Assembly: GCA_951406725.2 (NCBI GenBank)
Contig: OX597828.1
Location: forward strand, 30,690,001-30,754,000
Source: Octopus vulgaris
Taxonomy: Eukaryota
Length of the DNA: 64,000 nucleotides
Direction of reading: 5' to 3'
The position numbers and the translations under genes were made by a program. The notes under the pieces were generated by a model. That model was not told the origin of the DNA and searched no databases. It saw only the letters and a list, made by a program, of their open reading frames with translations. This document shows positions 1 through 14,068 of the stretch, in pieces. The stretch's first letter is position 1. The number at the start of each line of letters is the position of its first letter.

Positions 1-408
1 AATATCCACATGACGTCTACTGACCAGCCTGAACAATAAGAATTTTCAACAACACTATTTTCGAAAATTCTAAACATTCACGTGACCTCTTTATTATGGC
101 CAATAAGAAATTTTAGGCGGGACACTAGCCAAATTTTAACTTCTCTGGAGCCTTTTTTCTTACCCCAACACCAACTTCCATTCAAACATTCACGTGACCC
201 CTTCATAATGACCAATCAAAATTTTAGGCGCGAAACCAAGCAAATCCCAAACAACTCTGGAGCCTCTTTTTTTCACATATAAGAGACAGACTCTAATCTC
301 TCTTTTATATTTTGATAAGCATAACAAATGCGCAACCGGTAAAAAGAACTTTCACCTAATTAAATTACTTAAATTACTTCAATTATTTGTCAGCATTTTC
401 TTCATTTC

Positions 409-469
<61 letters not shown>

Positions 470-705
470 TTATATTAATAGAGATAAGATCGTTATTTAA
501 ATATCGAACTTACCTAGTGGCAAGCATAGAATCTGGAATTATACATTAATTTACTTGTCTTCGCTCCTGGTGCAGTATGGTATCGCTTAGATGGCCTAAA
601 TTATAATTATATATATATATAATTCTCGTTTAGGGTATCTAAGAGATACCTCCAAGCTTTAAATACCAGCCGAAATTTGACTCTAAAATCACATTAAAAG
701 TATAG

Positions 706-741
<36 letters not shown>

Positions 742-768
742 CTATACTTTTGAATGTGATTTTAGAGT

Positions 769-808
<40 letters not shown>

Positions 809-809
<1 letters not shown>

Positions 810-1516
810 CTAGCATTAAAGACCCGTCGTTGCCGGGTCCTAGTGCTAGTGTATGTATATATGTGTATATATATATGTGTGCATATTACATCTACATCTA
901 TATATATATATATCTACATATAAAATACAAAATACAAAGTGATATCTTGATATCGCTAGTGATAACAATACTCAAAATATATAACAGATTGAAATTGTTA
1001 GCCCGTCTCTTGTAATTTCGATCAATTGTATCTTGTCCTCCCACTTGTATAGAAGTGTGGCTACAATTACTATATATAATTCAATTGTTATTATTACTTT
1101 TGTTTTTAAAGTAAAAGTATCTGGCATAAAATAGAGAAACGTTTTTGTTTCACTTTTAACACGTAATACTGAAATAGTGGAGATTATATGATATTGCTAT
1201 GGGCTCCCTCTAGGCAAGAAGTTGAACATTTTCTTTGCCCATGAAACTATATGGAACCTTAGTAAGGCATGTGTAAAATTTGAATGGAATTGGTTGTGTA
1301 GTCCTCAACTTTTAGGTAATCGTAGTGGAGAAGATATGATATTGCTGTGGGCTCACCCAAGACAAAAAGTTAAATTTTTTTCCCCGGACCCTAAGTAAGG
1401 CATGTGTAAAATTTGAATGAAATTGGTTGTGTAGTCCTCAAGTTTTAGGGAAACACACACACAGACAGACAGACAGACAGACACACACACATTCTCAGTT
1501 TTGTATATATAAAGAT
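809..1516 (+). mobile_element. Non-autonomous Helentron/Helitron-like (HINE/DINE-type) element
   Basis: 5' ACTAGC..GACCCG-tcgttgc-CGGGTC..GCTAGT inverted motif, internal ~150-bp tandem unit, 3' (GACA)n(CA)n then ..tatatataaagat; second copy at 3101-4236. Confidence 0.55.
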
Positions 1517-1942
1517 GTATAAGCATATATGTTTGTCTTAAACATGTACACTTTCATTATTCAAATGCTTCAATTGCACTTTGAAATCTTTTCCAGTGAA
1601 ATCTTTCTTTCACTTTATACTTCCCATTCTGTCTTCACTAAGGGAAAGACCTCACACGTGACCTAATCTTTTTACACATTTTACATTTGAAAGGAGCACT
1701 TTAAGCAAGGTAGGTGTTCTTTCCGGTTTCTGATTCTTACTTCAGTTTTTCCACATTACATGGGTAAAACGTTCCCTAGAAGCGTAAGTCTGTTATAGTT
1801 CTTCTTTTATTCAGCATACAATTCATTGTGCACAGCTTTCTCTGTTATTTAATTATATGCTGTTGTCGCATGCAGTTACATTTATCATAAGCTTTTTCTG
1901 TTGGTACGTGAAAAACTTGCTCATTACACACACACATATACA

Positions 1943-2003
<61 letters not shown>

Positions 2004-2258
2004 TAGGAAGAAATGGAGCTGAACGAAGATTTAACAAATTCCTTTATACCATATAAAGGAATTTTGTTAAATCTTCGTTCAGCTCCATTTCTTCCTACAC
2101 TTAACATATATAAAACTTCAAATTTCCGCACTAAGGCGCGGTTTTTATGCCCCATGGTCGTACCTTCAACCGTGCGTTTTCTGTTGTGATTTTTGCAACC
2201 CAGGTATCGGTTATCATTTGAATTATACGTAATAAGATAATTCATTTATCTACTTCAA

Positions 2259-2327
<69 letters not shown>

Positions 2328-2419
2328 TACATATATGTATTCAATGAAAAAATATTTATTGCAAACAAACGTATTACTTTCCAGTAAAATATAGACCCAT
2401 AAGTGTAGAAGTATAAATA

Positions 2420-2985
2420 TTGTTTTTTTTCTGAAAGTTCGTGCCGATTTTTAAAGGCAAGAAAATGGTCAATAATTACTTGCCATTACATTTTTAATCA
2501 ACCAAATATGAACCATTTTGTGGCGCAATGCGTCTCCATCTTTCCTTTAACTTGAAAATACACTCTTCCCAGAATTGAGGTGGTTTCATGGCAAACAATC
2601 CATCAAGGTATCTTTTTACGTCATCCAAGGAATTGAAATTCTACCATTAAAACTATTCTACAGAGACCTGATTTAGTGGAAATCCGAAGGAGCAATATCT
2701 CATGAATATGAAGGGTGGTGTAACACATCCCAGCCGAGCTGCAGCAATTTTTGTCTGGTTCCCAAAGCATCAAGTTCCGCAAATGAACTTTCTTTTCTGC
2801 CATTATAAAGGCTTACAGAATTATCACAGTTTATAGGAACATAATTCTTCTTTCACGAAAAGATAGGTTAAACTGTGCTCCAAAAGGAGATGTCGTCAAA
2901 TCCTACTTTATGGACACAAGTATGTTCTAAAATAAGTCGAAATGTAAGCTACTATAAATCGGCACGAACTTTCTGGACAATGCAA
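2420..2985 (-). mobile_element. Internally deleted mariner transposon with both TIRs
   Basis: TIRs ..gaaagttcgtgccgattt / aaatcggcacgaactttc.. flanked by TA; N-terminal MAEKKVHLRNLML and C-terminal FAMKPPQFWEECIFKLKERWRRIAPQNGSYLVD* typical of mariner transposases. Confidence 0.85.
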
Positions 2986-3100
2986 TATAAATATAGACAA
3001 GTGGTACGACAAGACACCAATATTGTCTTTAGTGTTAAATGTCTATGAGAAAAAAATGAAATATGTATTAACTATAGACAAATCTAACATATTTATTATT

Positions 3101-4236
3101 TACGAGCATAAAAGAACAGTCGTTGCCGGGTTATAGTGCTAGGGCATGCATATATGTGTATATATATGTGTACATATTACATGTACATCTATCTCTATAT
3201 ATATACATCTACACATAAAATACAAGATACAAAGTTATATCTTGATATCGCTAGTGATAACAATGCTCGAAACATATAACAGACTGGAATTGTTAGCCCG
3301 TCTCTTGTAATTTCGATCAATTGTATCTTGTCCTCCCACTTGTATAGAAGTGTGGCTACAATCCAGCCTACCTCTACGTCCCAGATATAGAGTTGAAATA
3401 AAATATTTCCACTTTCCAAGTTCGAGTCGAGTACTCCCTTGCACGCTCCGTTGACTCGAAACTTGATTCTATTGTGGCGAATTTGCCGCCTCTGATTAGA
3501 TATATTTCATAGTCCCACCAAGACACTTTTCAAAGGTGCTTTCCTCCATGTTTTCAAATCTTCTTTTTTCTCTACATTGTATACTTTATAGACAATAGTG
3601 TTTTATATAATTTAATTTTCTATTATCCATCTGGACTATTCCATTTCTGCACGCTAATTTTATTTTTAATTTATTCCCATTCATGTGAAACCACTTATTC
3701 AAGTTCAAGTCATTGATGCAATTTTATACCAATTGCTATTTTTAATTTTGTTATGTTACGATTATATTATACTTTAGGTTGATTTTAATTATTACTTACT
3801 ATGTATAATTCAATTATTATTATTTTTTTTTGTTGTTAAAGTGAAAGTATCTGGCATAAAATAGAGAAACGTTTTTGTTTCACTTTTAACACGTAATACT
3901 GAAATAGTGGAGAAGATATGATATTGTTATGGGCTCGCTCTAGGCAAGAAGTTGAACAGTTTCTTTGCCCATGAAACTATATGGACACTAAGTAAGGCAT
4001 GAATGAAATTGGTTGTGTAGTTCTCAAGTTTCAGGGAATCGTAGTGGAGAAGATATGATATTGCTGTGGGCTCATCCTAGACAAAAAGTAAAATTTTTTG
4101 CCGATGACACTCCCTGGACCCTAAGTAAGGCATGTGTCAAATTTGAATGAAATTGGTTGTGTAGTTCTCAAGTTTTAGGGAAACACACAGACAGACACAC
4201 ACACACACATTCTCAGTTTTATATATATAGAGAGAT
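3101..4236 (+). mobile_element. Longer copy of the same HINE-like element
   Basis: Collinear similarity to 809-1516 with an extra ~440-bp internal segment. Confidence 0.55.
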
Positions 4237-4646
4237 TTCTGGGTGAGTCATGAGGTTTCGAAATGCACGAACACACCCAGAAATGATATGCGCATGAAGA
4301 GCTATACCAATGCTATACAAGGTCATTGTATATACGCAGTGAAGCTTTAAGAAAGCGTCGTATTTGTATTGACTGCCATCTCCAGTAAATATCGGTGTAT
4401 CACCGTCACCATAATGTGACCGACCAGGCTGTCAGATCCTGCTACATATCGCTGGTCACAATGCGCTTCGCATTGTTTTAGCCTTCAAATGACGCCACCC
4501 CGCTGGCTAAACGAGCAGGCAAATATATATATATATATGTGTGTGTGTATGTGTGTATATATACATATATATGTACGTGTATATATGTATATATATATAT
4601 ATAGGAATATGTATATATGTATGTGTATGTGTATGTGTGTGTGTGT

Positions 4647-4686
<40 letters not shown>

Positions 4687-5235
4687 ATGTGTGTGTATAT
4701 ATATGAATCTATGCGTATATACATATATATATGCATATATATATAAAATGCTTATATATATATGTAAAGAACCATGCTAAAGATAGTAAACAAGATGACT
4801 CAAAGTCCTCACTTGTACACAAAGACAAAATTGGGGAAACAGGCAGTAAAATTTTAAGACCCCATACTATAGTCAAAATTAATCTAAAATGAAAAAAACA
4901 AACTTTACTGAAATGATTTATAGTTTCATTCTGCACTTATTATATACTAGCACTAATACCCGCCGTTGAGCAGGTAATTACTGTTCCTCGGTAGCCATAT
5001 TTACAGTATTATTATATATATAATTTACTTCCCCCTGTATGAGTTATTTTCATAATAGAGAAATATGTAATATCTGAAGTAGAAAAAAACCTCAATTTCA
5101 TACATGAACTTTTGTTTCTTTATTATATGACAATAATAAATGTGTTGTATGTGTTACTTTGTTTATTCATTATGTGTGTGTGTGTGTGTGTGCGTATATA
5201 TGCATGTGTCTGTGTGTGTATATATACACACAGAC

Positions 5236-5271
<36 letters not shown>

Positions 5272-5322
5272 CCATATATATACATGTTCATATATCGACA
5301 TACGTATATATATATATATATA

Positions 5323-6171
5323 TACTAGCTTAAGGTGACCCGCTCTACGCGCGAATAAGTGTGTGGTTGTTACTTTCTGTTCCTTCTTTTCTGCTTTTAT
5401 CACGGCATTCTCCCCATTAGTTTCTCTCTCCTTTCTCTCTCACTTTCCCACTCTCTTACTCTTCCTTTCTCTCGGACTCTCCTTCGCTTTCTCTTACTCT
5501 CTATCCTTCTCTATCTATCTATATATCTCCTATTTATAAACAACAAAAGAAAATATGTTGAAAGATCAATCATAAATATCAGGCAATGACAACGGAAAGG
5601 TCTTCTTCAAGGCAGACAGCAAAACACTGACATTTAAAAGGGACAGACGAACTTGAGCGCTGAATAAAAAAAAATTATTGGAAATCAAAATTTGAAGGGA
5701 TAGAATCTGAGGATAGTTGAGTCACCATGGCTGTCATTTTTTAACGACGGACAGCAACGTTTAATGGTTGGCGGAAAATATTGAACTTGATGTAAAAGAA
5801 CATTCCTAAACAGCAAGTCTTGAAGTGATTCTTTCTCACGACAGTAGACTCACCATGGCAAGCATTCAAAACTTCTTCATCATGGACGGCAACACATTGC
5901 CGATTTAAAGGCTGGCGCAGTTTTTTTAGCTTGATGTAACAGAGAATTCCTGTAAATTGTAATCCTCTTCCAGCTCCATTTAGACCCTTTTTAAATTTTG
6001 GTTAATATAACCCGATTTCATTCGGATCTACTCGGGCCACATTTTATGAGGAATTTTGTCCTAGAGGTCACGCCTTTCATTTGAGGAAAAAAATAGTTGC
6101 CATGCAAACTCGCCAGCACTTTTAACATAGGCGTGCATATTTTCAGCTTAACCGACAACATAATGCACACA

Positions 6172-6215
<44 letters not shown>

Positions 6216-6316
6216 ATATACATATATATATATATATACGCATTAAATATATATGAACATATATACGCATTATATATATATGTGTGTGTGTATGCATTAT
6301 ATATACAAATGTATAC

Positions 6317-6377
<61 letters not shown>

Positions 6378-6550
6378 TATACATATATATACATATATAT
6401 ATATAGATACATATATATACACTTTGAATATATACATTATATATACATATTCATATATAGAACACACACACACACATATATAAATTAACCCAATAAATAT
6501 CCGATTCATAATATTTGTTCTCATGATTGTGTGGTGATGGCAGACAGACT

Positions 6551-6584
<34 letters not shown>

Positions 6585-6597
6585 GAGAGAGAGAGAA

Positions 6598-6631
<34 letters not shown>

Positions 6632-6980
6632 TGTGTGTGGGTGTGTGTGGGTGTGACAGCGCTAGCGATCGGCGGGGGAGAGGTAGTAGACTCTGTTAAA
6701 CGACGTTATATAGAGAAAGTGAAAGGAAGGGAGGAAAGAGAGAGAGACGGAGGAAGACAGGCAGATAAGAGAATGAGAGAAGACTTGTGAAAATGTGCTT
6801 TTTTTGCCTTAGTAACCATGCCTTTTAAGATAGGAATTTCCAACCTAACCCACTAACATCCTCATTTTACATGTCACTGTAAATTTTGGAATCAATCCAA
6901 CGGGATCTAGTGCCCTTTAACCCGTTCCAATGCCAAAACCAGACAAACAAACTAACTTTCGCATTTCAGATTTATAGATA
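5323..6980 (+). mobile_element. Second HINE-like family (composite, interrupted by microsatellites)
   Basis: 5' actagcttaaggtgacccgctctacgcgcg; 3' ..tgtaaattttggaatcaatcc..cagacaaacaaac..atttatagata; 5' part repeated from 32330. Confidence 0.45.
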
Positions 6981-7229
6981 TTGATAATAATATATTTATA
7001 TACACATGCATATATATATGTAAAGAACCATAAAAGCAAGCACCAGCATGCTAAAGATAGATAACACGATGACTCAAAACCAAAGTTTTCACTTGTACAC
7101 GAAGGAAAGGAGGTTACACAAATAATGAAAACACAACAATTGTGTTGCCGTATTGTGCGACTCACCTTGGAAAATTCTTTTATGAAAATCGATTCATAGA
7201 AAACTGCTATTAGGCGTAATTCTGGGTGT

Positions 7230-7270
<41 letters not shown>

Positions 7271-8439
7271 AACAAGAGGGAGTTATAATGCAGCGATTGG
7301 TCAAAATAATGATGACGTCCCGTTCCACTTGGTTAAAGCCACCTAACGAAACGATTGGTCAAAACATTGATGACGTCACGCTACGCTAGATTGACCACCT
7401 AACAGGCATTATAAAACCGAGCATTTCACAAAAACTCACTAGAACCACCCAGCGAACTTCCACCATAGGTCATCACAATTGCTTAAGGTAAAAATGAATT
7501 CCTCGCTCTTTCGGAAACATCAATCTTCTGTATTGACCGCTTTCCACCACTTTGATCTGTTTTTTGTATTGAATACGTATCGCCACCGTGAGCCACTGCA
7601 TCGAACACTTTGAACATATACTTCAAACTATATATCAACTATACATGAACTCTAAGATGTCTGACTCCGTTGTGTATTATAAATGAATTTCTTGTGTTTG
7701 ACGGCATGAGCTGTCTCTTTTTATATATAACTTTTTTTGATAAGGTTCATTTCAGGAACTGAAACATGTTATAATGTATATATAAAAATTAAAAATTGTA
7801 TAATACAGCAGCATTTTCGAACTTCATTTTTTACAAATATATATATATATACATACATATTGCGGTCTTTCAGTTTCCCTCAAAAAAATCCACTCACGAC
7901 CATCTGGTCGGTTGGATGGGTAGAAGAAACACTTAAGCAGTAGTACTGAATCCGGGACCGTTTGGTTGGTAAGCTATTTCTTACCACACAGCCACACCTA
8001 TACCAATTGTAAAGATTATTTTTAACAAAAGGTACTCATGCTGAAATATATATATATATATACATTGTTTTTTATTTTGCAGATTATATTCATAGTAAAT
8101 TGTAAACTTCCAGTTTATACAGAAGAATATGATTCGCCTGATACTTGGCCTGATTATCCTCTGCGTTCCTTACCCGTAAGCAATCAATATTTGTTTATGT
8201 TTATATATTTTATATATTATAATATATTTTTATTGATTGTCTTTCTCTAAACAAGTAAAAAAAAAGAAAAGAAATACATATACGCTGAAGTATATAGATG
8301 CGCGTGTGTCTGTATATATATTTGTATGTATATATATATATATATTCACACACACACATACATATCATGGCATCATTGTATCATCCAGGCCATGGTATGC
8401 CGTTTGCGCTGCTGGTCACAATGCGCTTCATTTCCGCAT

Positions 8440-9240
8440 TCATTGCACCATTCTCTTCTCTCTTGACCCAAATCGCATGACCAAAGTTCTACTCATTGTC
8501 ATGGGGGCCTTGAAAATGTCCTGTTGGATACCGTTCGGAAAATGCAAGGATCTACCTGATGTGTATGAACTGTGCAACATGTCGCGCTCAGCGAAGCTTC
8601 TGCTTTCGGTACTCTGCAATCACAACGATCTTTCCATTCCGTTCTCGAAGTATCTCCTTTCCAGTATGCTCCCGTAATGGTAGTCCTCTTATAGATCTCA
8701 CCATGGCCCCATTCTGTCGTAGTTATTCGTTTTTCTTTCTCCTTCGTAGAGAATTTCGTCCCAGTTGCATATAAGTGCGATGGTAGGAGAACGCTATTCA
8801 AGTGTTTGGCACGTATGTCATTAACTAGCTCTGTTTGTAGAACATCCTTTATTGAGTTAAATGCCTGGAATCCTGACCGCATCCTGCTTGTAATTTCAGC
8901 GTCCACATCTCGCATTATTTACGATAGAATTATAATGTTAATTCCTTGAATTCTTCGCATCCAACTTCTATCTTATGTCTTCCGGCTGCGAATTGTTTGT
9001 TTTCATGCAGTTCATTGTAAGATATTCTTATAATCTCTGGGAGCTGAACTCTGTCCGCAGTATCTGCACCTGGTCTACGGTTACAATGATGTGAACAATA
9101 ACATCTGCAAATCGTAAATGTGTTTGTTGTTCACCGTTGATAATCACACCACCCGACCAGTCGATGTTCCTGATGATCATTTCAAGACGTAGCATAAAGA
9201 GGTTTGAGCATGCAAACTCTTCTCACCTGCACCGCCGTAA
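8440..9240 (-). mobile_element. RTE-clade LINE reverse-transcriptase remnant
   Basis: HLRFADV (FADD motif) near 9103-9121; DAEITSRMRSGFQAF..LNSVLLPSHLYA. Confidence 0.75.
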
Positions 9241-9474
9241 GCCATACATCATTTGCACAATGTGGAGAATATACCACCAGCATTGACCAAACGGCCTCAA
9301 CATTAGATTCGCAATTCATCCAAAGTTAGGTCCACGGGCCATATGTCCTATACCTAATTCTGGATCACAACACATTGTATTGTATTGGCGTCCTTTCTGT
9401 CTCGGGAGACAATGGAGTTGCGCATGTTTTTTTTGTTTTTTTTTTTCTTTGTAGTCTAGTCCGGCTTTTATAAT

Positions 9475-9670
9475 TCATGTCGTGATACATTTCCTGCTGT
9501 GGCTGTGTAGTCCTATCCTGGACAAACACTCCCTCTGGCAGGTACCGCAAATGTAGCGAAGACTGTTCCTGGCTGGTTGTAGTGCCATAGTCTCTTGTTT
9601 ACGTCTCTTCCTTTCTTTCCATTTCTCCTCTCTCTCTCTGTCACTCTTTTGTATTCCCTCTTTTACTGTA
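9475..9670 (-). mobile_element. RTE/BovB-like LINE 3' fragment
   Basis: C-terminal zinc finger YICGTCQRECLSRIGLHSHSRKC. Confidence 0.75.
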
Positions 9671-10580
9671 CGTCGCAAATTTTTACTGTACGTCGCAAAT
9701 TTCAGGATCACAACACATAAATACACTGTAACGCAATTTCTTTTCCTCAAAATGCTCTGCCCTATTTAAAATACTCTAGAAACAGATCAAAGAGGAAAAT
9801 GATCCCACCACCTTTAAATGGAATCTGGACAAATTGCTTCAGGGAATACTAGAGAATTCACCTATACCTCGATACAACTGCCCCGAACAAGAACTCCTTA
9901 CTCGAATAGACCATGATAGCACAAACTTGACTTTAAAAAGATTTAGCTAATCCTATCAGATAATGCTAATAAGTGAGACATGGCCTGAATCAATCTTTGG
10001 TCGAAACATATCTAAGTTACCTAAGTTATATTTTCATATAAATACGAATATATCAGCAATGTAACGACGCACGTGGTCTTGGTGATACCTTTCTTTCTTT
10101 AGTCTTTTTTCCCTGATCCCTTTTTCTTTCCTTTTCGGCGGAGATATATGTTCGAAACATTCTCTTTGCACTGAACAACAAACTAATACATTCACCTTGT
10201 GGGCATTCCTCTTCCTGCTTGTTATTATTTTTTAAAGTTGTTAACGATAATTGCATACATACGTACATACAAATGGATGTGTTTTTCCTTACTAATTTCA
10301 CCTACAACTAACTCAATGGGAAGTCATCTATAGACATTTTGGATAAGGCAACCACATAACTACAACTTTAACTTCTTTACAAACTGGGATGTTGATGGCT
10401 CATATATTTGAACACACAGGCAGTACACCTATTAGTATGAGTCATCTGGCGAAAACTTATATCCTCTATATGTACATATTTCTTTATATGTATGCATACA
10501 TTTCAACTGTGTGTGTGTCTGATTGTGTCTCAGTATTACATACTGAGACACAGTCAGACACACACACACAAAAACACACA

Positions 10581-10617
<37 letters not shown>

Positions 10618-11044
10618 GGTAGTCTGGATTTATTCACTAAAAGACAAGGCGTCTAATATCGAACAATTGTAAGCACAAGTGGAATCAAGATATTATGCAG
10701 TCGCAATTGCACTAGGTTTGTCATGCTGTGAAGATGAGTGATGAAATTATAACCAAAGTCTTCCTGTACATCCACCTTGAAACTGGGGACAGGAATGTTG
10801 GTGTACCATGGCTCAAATATAACGACGCGCTGAAGAGTAAACCCATAACAGATAATATAGCTCGCTTCCCATTTGAGCAAACAGCAAAAACAAAAATTGT
10901 CCTAGAACATGTTTTGAATTTCAAAATACAAAAATATAGGTAATAAAAGTCTAAAAAGTTGAAATTGATATTTGTACTAAAAATGTTACACCTTTATATA
11001 TTTGTTGCACAAGATTTTTTATGTGAAGTCTTGTGTTGAAACAG

Positions 11045-11368
11045 ACATTGCTGTATTTCGGAATGGTCATTTTGCCATTTTAGCCAATAAAAACACATTG
11101 CACTATATATTTGGTGTTACTTTGCTTCAGTGTTATTTATTCTTTACATTAATCTTAATCTTATTTCGGCCAGAGTTCTTTCGTCACACTCCAGTGACCG
11201 CATCAATGGTCCTTTGCTTTCTTCTTTCTTATTTGTGTGTCTCCTTACTAACCATCAGCCATTTTGTAAAAATTAAATAACACTGAAGCAAAGTAACACC
11301 AAATATATAGTGCGTGTGTTTTTATTGGCTAAACTGGCAAAATGACCATTCCGAAATACAACAATGTT
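11045..11368. repeat. Inverted repeat (~95-bp arms)
   Basis: gtatttcggaatggtcattttgcc..cagtgttattta vs taaataacactg..ggcaaaatgaccattccgaaatac. Confidence 0.9.
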
Positions 11369-12011
11369 ACACCTTCATCATCCTCAAAACGGAACTGTTA
11401 GACTGTCAGACACAAATTCTTGGAACACAACATTAGGTGTGGTACACCGTGATTTGAAATCTTACCGAAATCAAGATCATTATGCTTTTTTAAGAGATCA
11501 ATAAAATTAAATCCCAGTCAAATACTTTCATTTATACAATCGACTGATTATCTTCCCTTCTGTTTCATATAAACATCTTAAAACTTAGTCAAATAGATTG
11601 CATTTTCCCCCACCAGACGTTGCCATGGAATCTATTCATTTCTTAAGAGTACGTTAATTCATCTAAACTTAAAGTAACCTTTTGGACACTCAAATAATTC
11701 TACCGCAATTTGTGATTTTCTATTCTCGCTATTTTCTTTCTAGGTCTTCTGCTAAGAAAAATGATAACGAAATACTCATGAAATACAGGACAAGGTCGCA
11801 TGCTTGGGAAAACTTCTTTATGAGGTATGTTTTTGTTCACATATGGAGTAGGAAAGTATCACCTTCAAACAAACACACATGCGCATATAATACCCATCTT
11901 GAGAAATTTCATCATATTTGAAGACTCACCTAATATATTCAGAACTGAATTATTTATCGTTTGTCTGTACAATGGAATTTCACAATCTTCTTATTAGAAG
12001 GTTAATACATA

Positions 12012-12412
12012 TTATTTTCTACTCTAGGCACAAGGCCCAAAATTTTGGGGAAGGGGACCAGTGGATTAGATCGACCCTATTACGCAAATAGTACTTGATT
12101 TATCGACTCCGAAAGGATGAAAGGCAAAGTAGATCTCGCCGAGATTTTAACTCAGAACGTAGCGGCAGACGGAATACCTATTCCTTTACTATCCATAAGG
12201 GGCTAAACACAGAGATGACAAACAAGGACAGACAAACGGATTAAGTCGATTACACCGACCCCAGTGCGTAACTGGTACATATTTAATCGACCCCGAAAGG
12301 GGGAAAGGCAAAGTCGACCTCGCTGGAATTTGAACTGAGAACGTAAAAAACAGACGAAATACCACTGAGCATATCGCCTGGAATGCTAACGTTTCTGCTA
12401 GCTCGTCGACTT
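12012..12412 (-). mobile_element. SINE family A (dimeric)
   Basis: Reverse-complement match to 20835-21400. Confidence 0.85.
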
Positions 12413-12755
12413 AAGGGTTAAAACATATTGAAAAACCTAATCTGGTGATATTGTAGAAAATAAGGATCTTGGCTTAATAGACATTCGTATATTAGATTAC
12501 TACGATTGTCTTATGATGACTTGATTTATATTGCTACATTTATTGTCTACGTTGAGTATGGACTGACATTATAAGGATGGTTCCCCTACAACTTTGAGCT
12601 AATTTAGAAACAAAATGATTGAAAATAATAGAATTATTTTATATTTTGAGTAGAATAGATTTGTTCAGAAACATTTCTGCTCCTACTTCATGTAATGTTT
12701 AAAACTGAATTATAAACTTCGGAGAGTTTTTTACAGTGGTACTTGTTCGACATAA

Positions 12756-12773
12756 ATGACTTATTTTGCTGAA
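12756..12773 (+). CDS. Exon 1 (coding part, MTYFAE); probable remnant of a signal-peptide exon
   Basis: ATG at 12756, donor GAA|GTAAGT at 12774, phase 0. Upstream, one base out of frame, ATA-AAC-TTC-GGA-GAG-TTT-TTT-ACA-GTG-GTA-CTT-GTT (from 12712) reads (I)NFGEFFTVVLV. Confidence 0.45.
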
Positions 12774-12946
12774 GTAAGTTTAAAATACCAGGCTGATTCA
12801 TAGATAATTTTATTTTTCTATATATTACGACGTTTCATACAATATGCCACTGCACTTTCAATAGCAAAATGAAAAAACAATTTTGTGGACACATTGGATC
12901 TATAAAAATATAGCTCTAGCAGTGCCAAACGGTTTTTTTTGTTCAG

Positions 12947-12978
12947 GGAAATACACCACATGGTGCTGCGTTGAAGAC
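12947..12978 (+). CDS. Exon 2 (32 nt, GNTPHGAALK-T), phase 0 to 2
   Basis: ttttttttgttcAG acceptor, GTGAG donor; a same-length 32-nt counterpart exists in the minus-strand paralog (61174-61205). Confidence 0.6.
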
Positions 12979-13344
12979 GTGAGGTTGGTAGTTTTAAGGT
13001 TTTTCAGATTTACGTGATCCTTATGTACACTTAGTTTAATATCTGTATCTGTCTTAAGATCAGTATATTTTAAACATGAAGTACTTTAAGCATCTTATAA
13101 TATACTATAAACCTTGTGGTAGGTTGGTTTCCGTACGAGATTAGAGTAGATAACAAGACAGAGGCAGTTTTATGAATTGTTCAGTTTCATGTTTCATGAG
13201 ATAACATGCAAAAACTAGGAATGTGAACATGATTATCACTGAAAAATGGAACCTAACTTCAATCTGACGGAAGAATAAACAAAATGATTTTTAGAGTGAA
13301 TCCTTACTGCCATCCAGAGGTCTTATTAAATATGTCCTTTTCAG

Positions 13345-13419
13345 ATTAGCAGACAATACTCGATGTTACTCACAATACACTTTATAGGAAGCTTAGCATG
13401 TCACAGGACTTATGATGGT
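13345..13419 (+). pseudogene. Exon 3 (75 nt, phase 2-2) with two in-frame TAG stops
   Basis: ccttttcAG acceptor, GTAAGT donor; phase-2 frame LADNTRCYSQYTL*EA*HVTGLMMV; homologous segments near 55085-55153 and at 60757-60830. Confidence 0.6.
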
Positions 13420-13972
13420 GTAAGTGACAATAACATTTTCTCAATCAAAAATTTCTTGAATGGGAGATGTTTCTCAACTTCCATGCTGTTGAATGAGTTA
13501 ACTCTACAATTATCTGTGCAAAAATTGTTTATGATTATTTACATGGGAAATATGTGATAGGTGTTTCAAAGTTTTCTCAAAGTTTCTCATTAATCAATAG
13601 ACGGAATGATATTATTATTAACAGAGAGAAAATATTTGACATTTAATTATATTAAATATTCTTAATTTTACATCGGTAATGAGAAAAACTCCGAAAGCTA
13701 GGTTAGCAAGAGAAAACACATGTTAGGGCAATTGTTAAAGATTAGTTGTTCCTCTTCAATGGTGGAAGTTAAACGACATTTTATAGAGATGAATCAGTGC
13801 AACTATGAACACTACTGTACCAGGCTTTTTGGTGCCTTATAAATTTTGAAGAACCGAAACATGATGGTTCCTCACCAGTTTCTCTTTTAAAAATATATAC
13901 TTATGATTTTAACTTATCATAAATTATTAAATGTCACAACTAGCAATTCATTATATTATTCATATATTTCAG

Positions 13973-14068
13973 CTGGGGAGCATGCTCGGACGAAAGAGAC
14001 TTCGAGAAAAAACTGGCCTATTCTCATTCGATAATGAAGGACACTATGGAAAAATTTTGGGATAAACC
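13973..14068 (+). CDS. Exon 4 (96 nt, WGACSDERDFEKKLAYSHSIMKDTMEKFWDKP)
   Basis: atatttcAG / GTAAGT; only the phase-2 frame is open; two diverged paralogous copies in the window. Confidence 0.8.

Noticed and set aside
7290-7420. CCAAT/CRE-like motifs (attgg, tgacgtca) and an ATAAAA box
   Set aside because: They lie in a short internal duplication within a repeat-derived segment (start shared with 4755-4830, end has a degenerate hammerhead); no evidence they serve a host gene.
10728-10943. 71-aa non-repetitive ORF
   Set aside because: No recognisable motif or convincing splice-site pair; may be unclassified transposon debris.
13363-13419. Open frame ..LACHRTYDG resembling class B GPCR CNRTWDG
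   Set aside because: This phase-0 frame does not fit the phase-2 junctions on either side, and no following CW motif or 7TM exons were found.
13973-14068. WGACSD resembles the Wnt WGGCSD motif
   Set aside because: The spliced protein has only ~5 Cys and no other Wnt motifs; paralogs read WDKCSD and LDKCFN.
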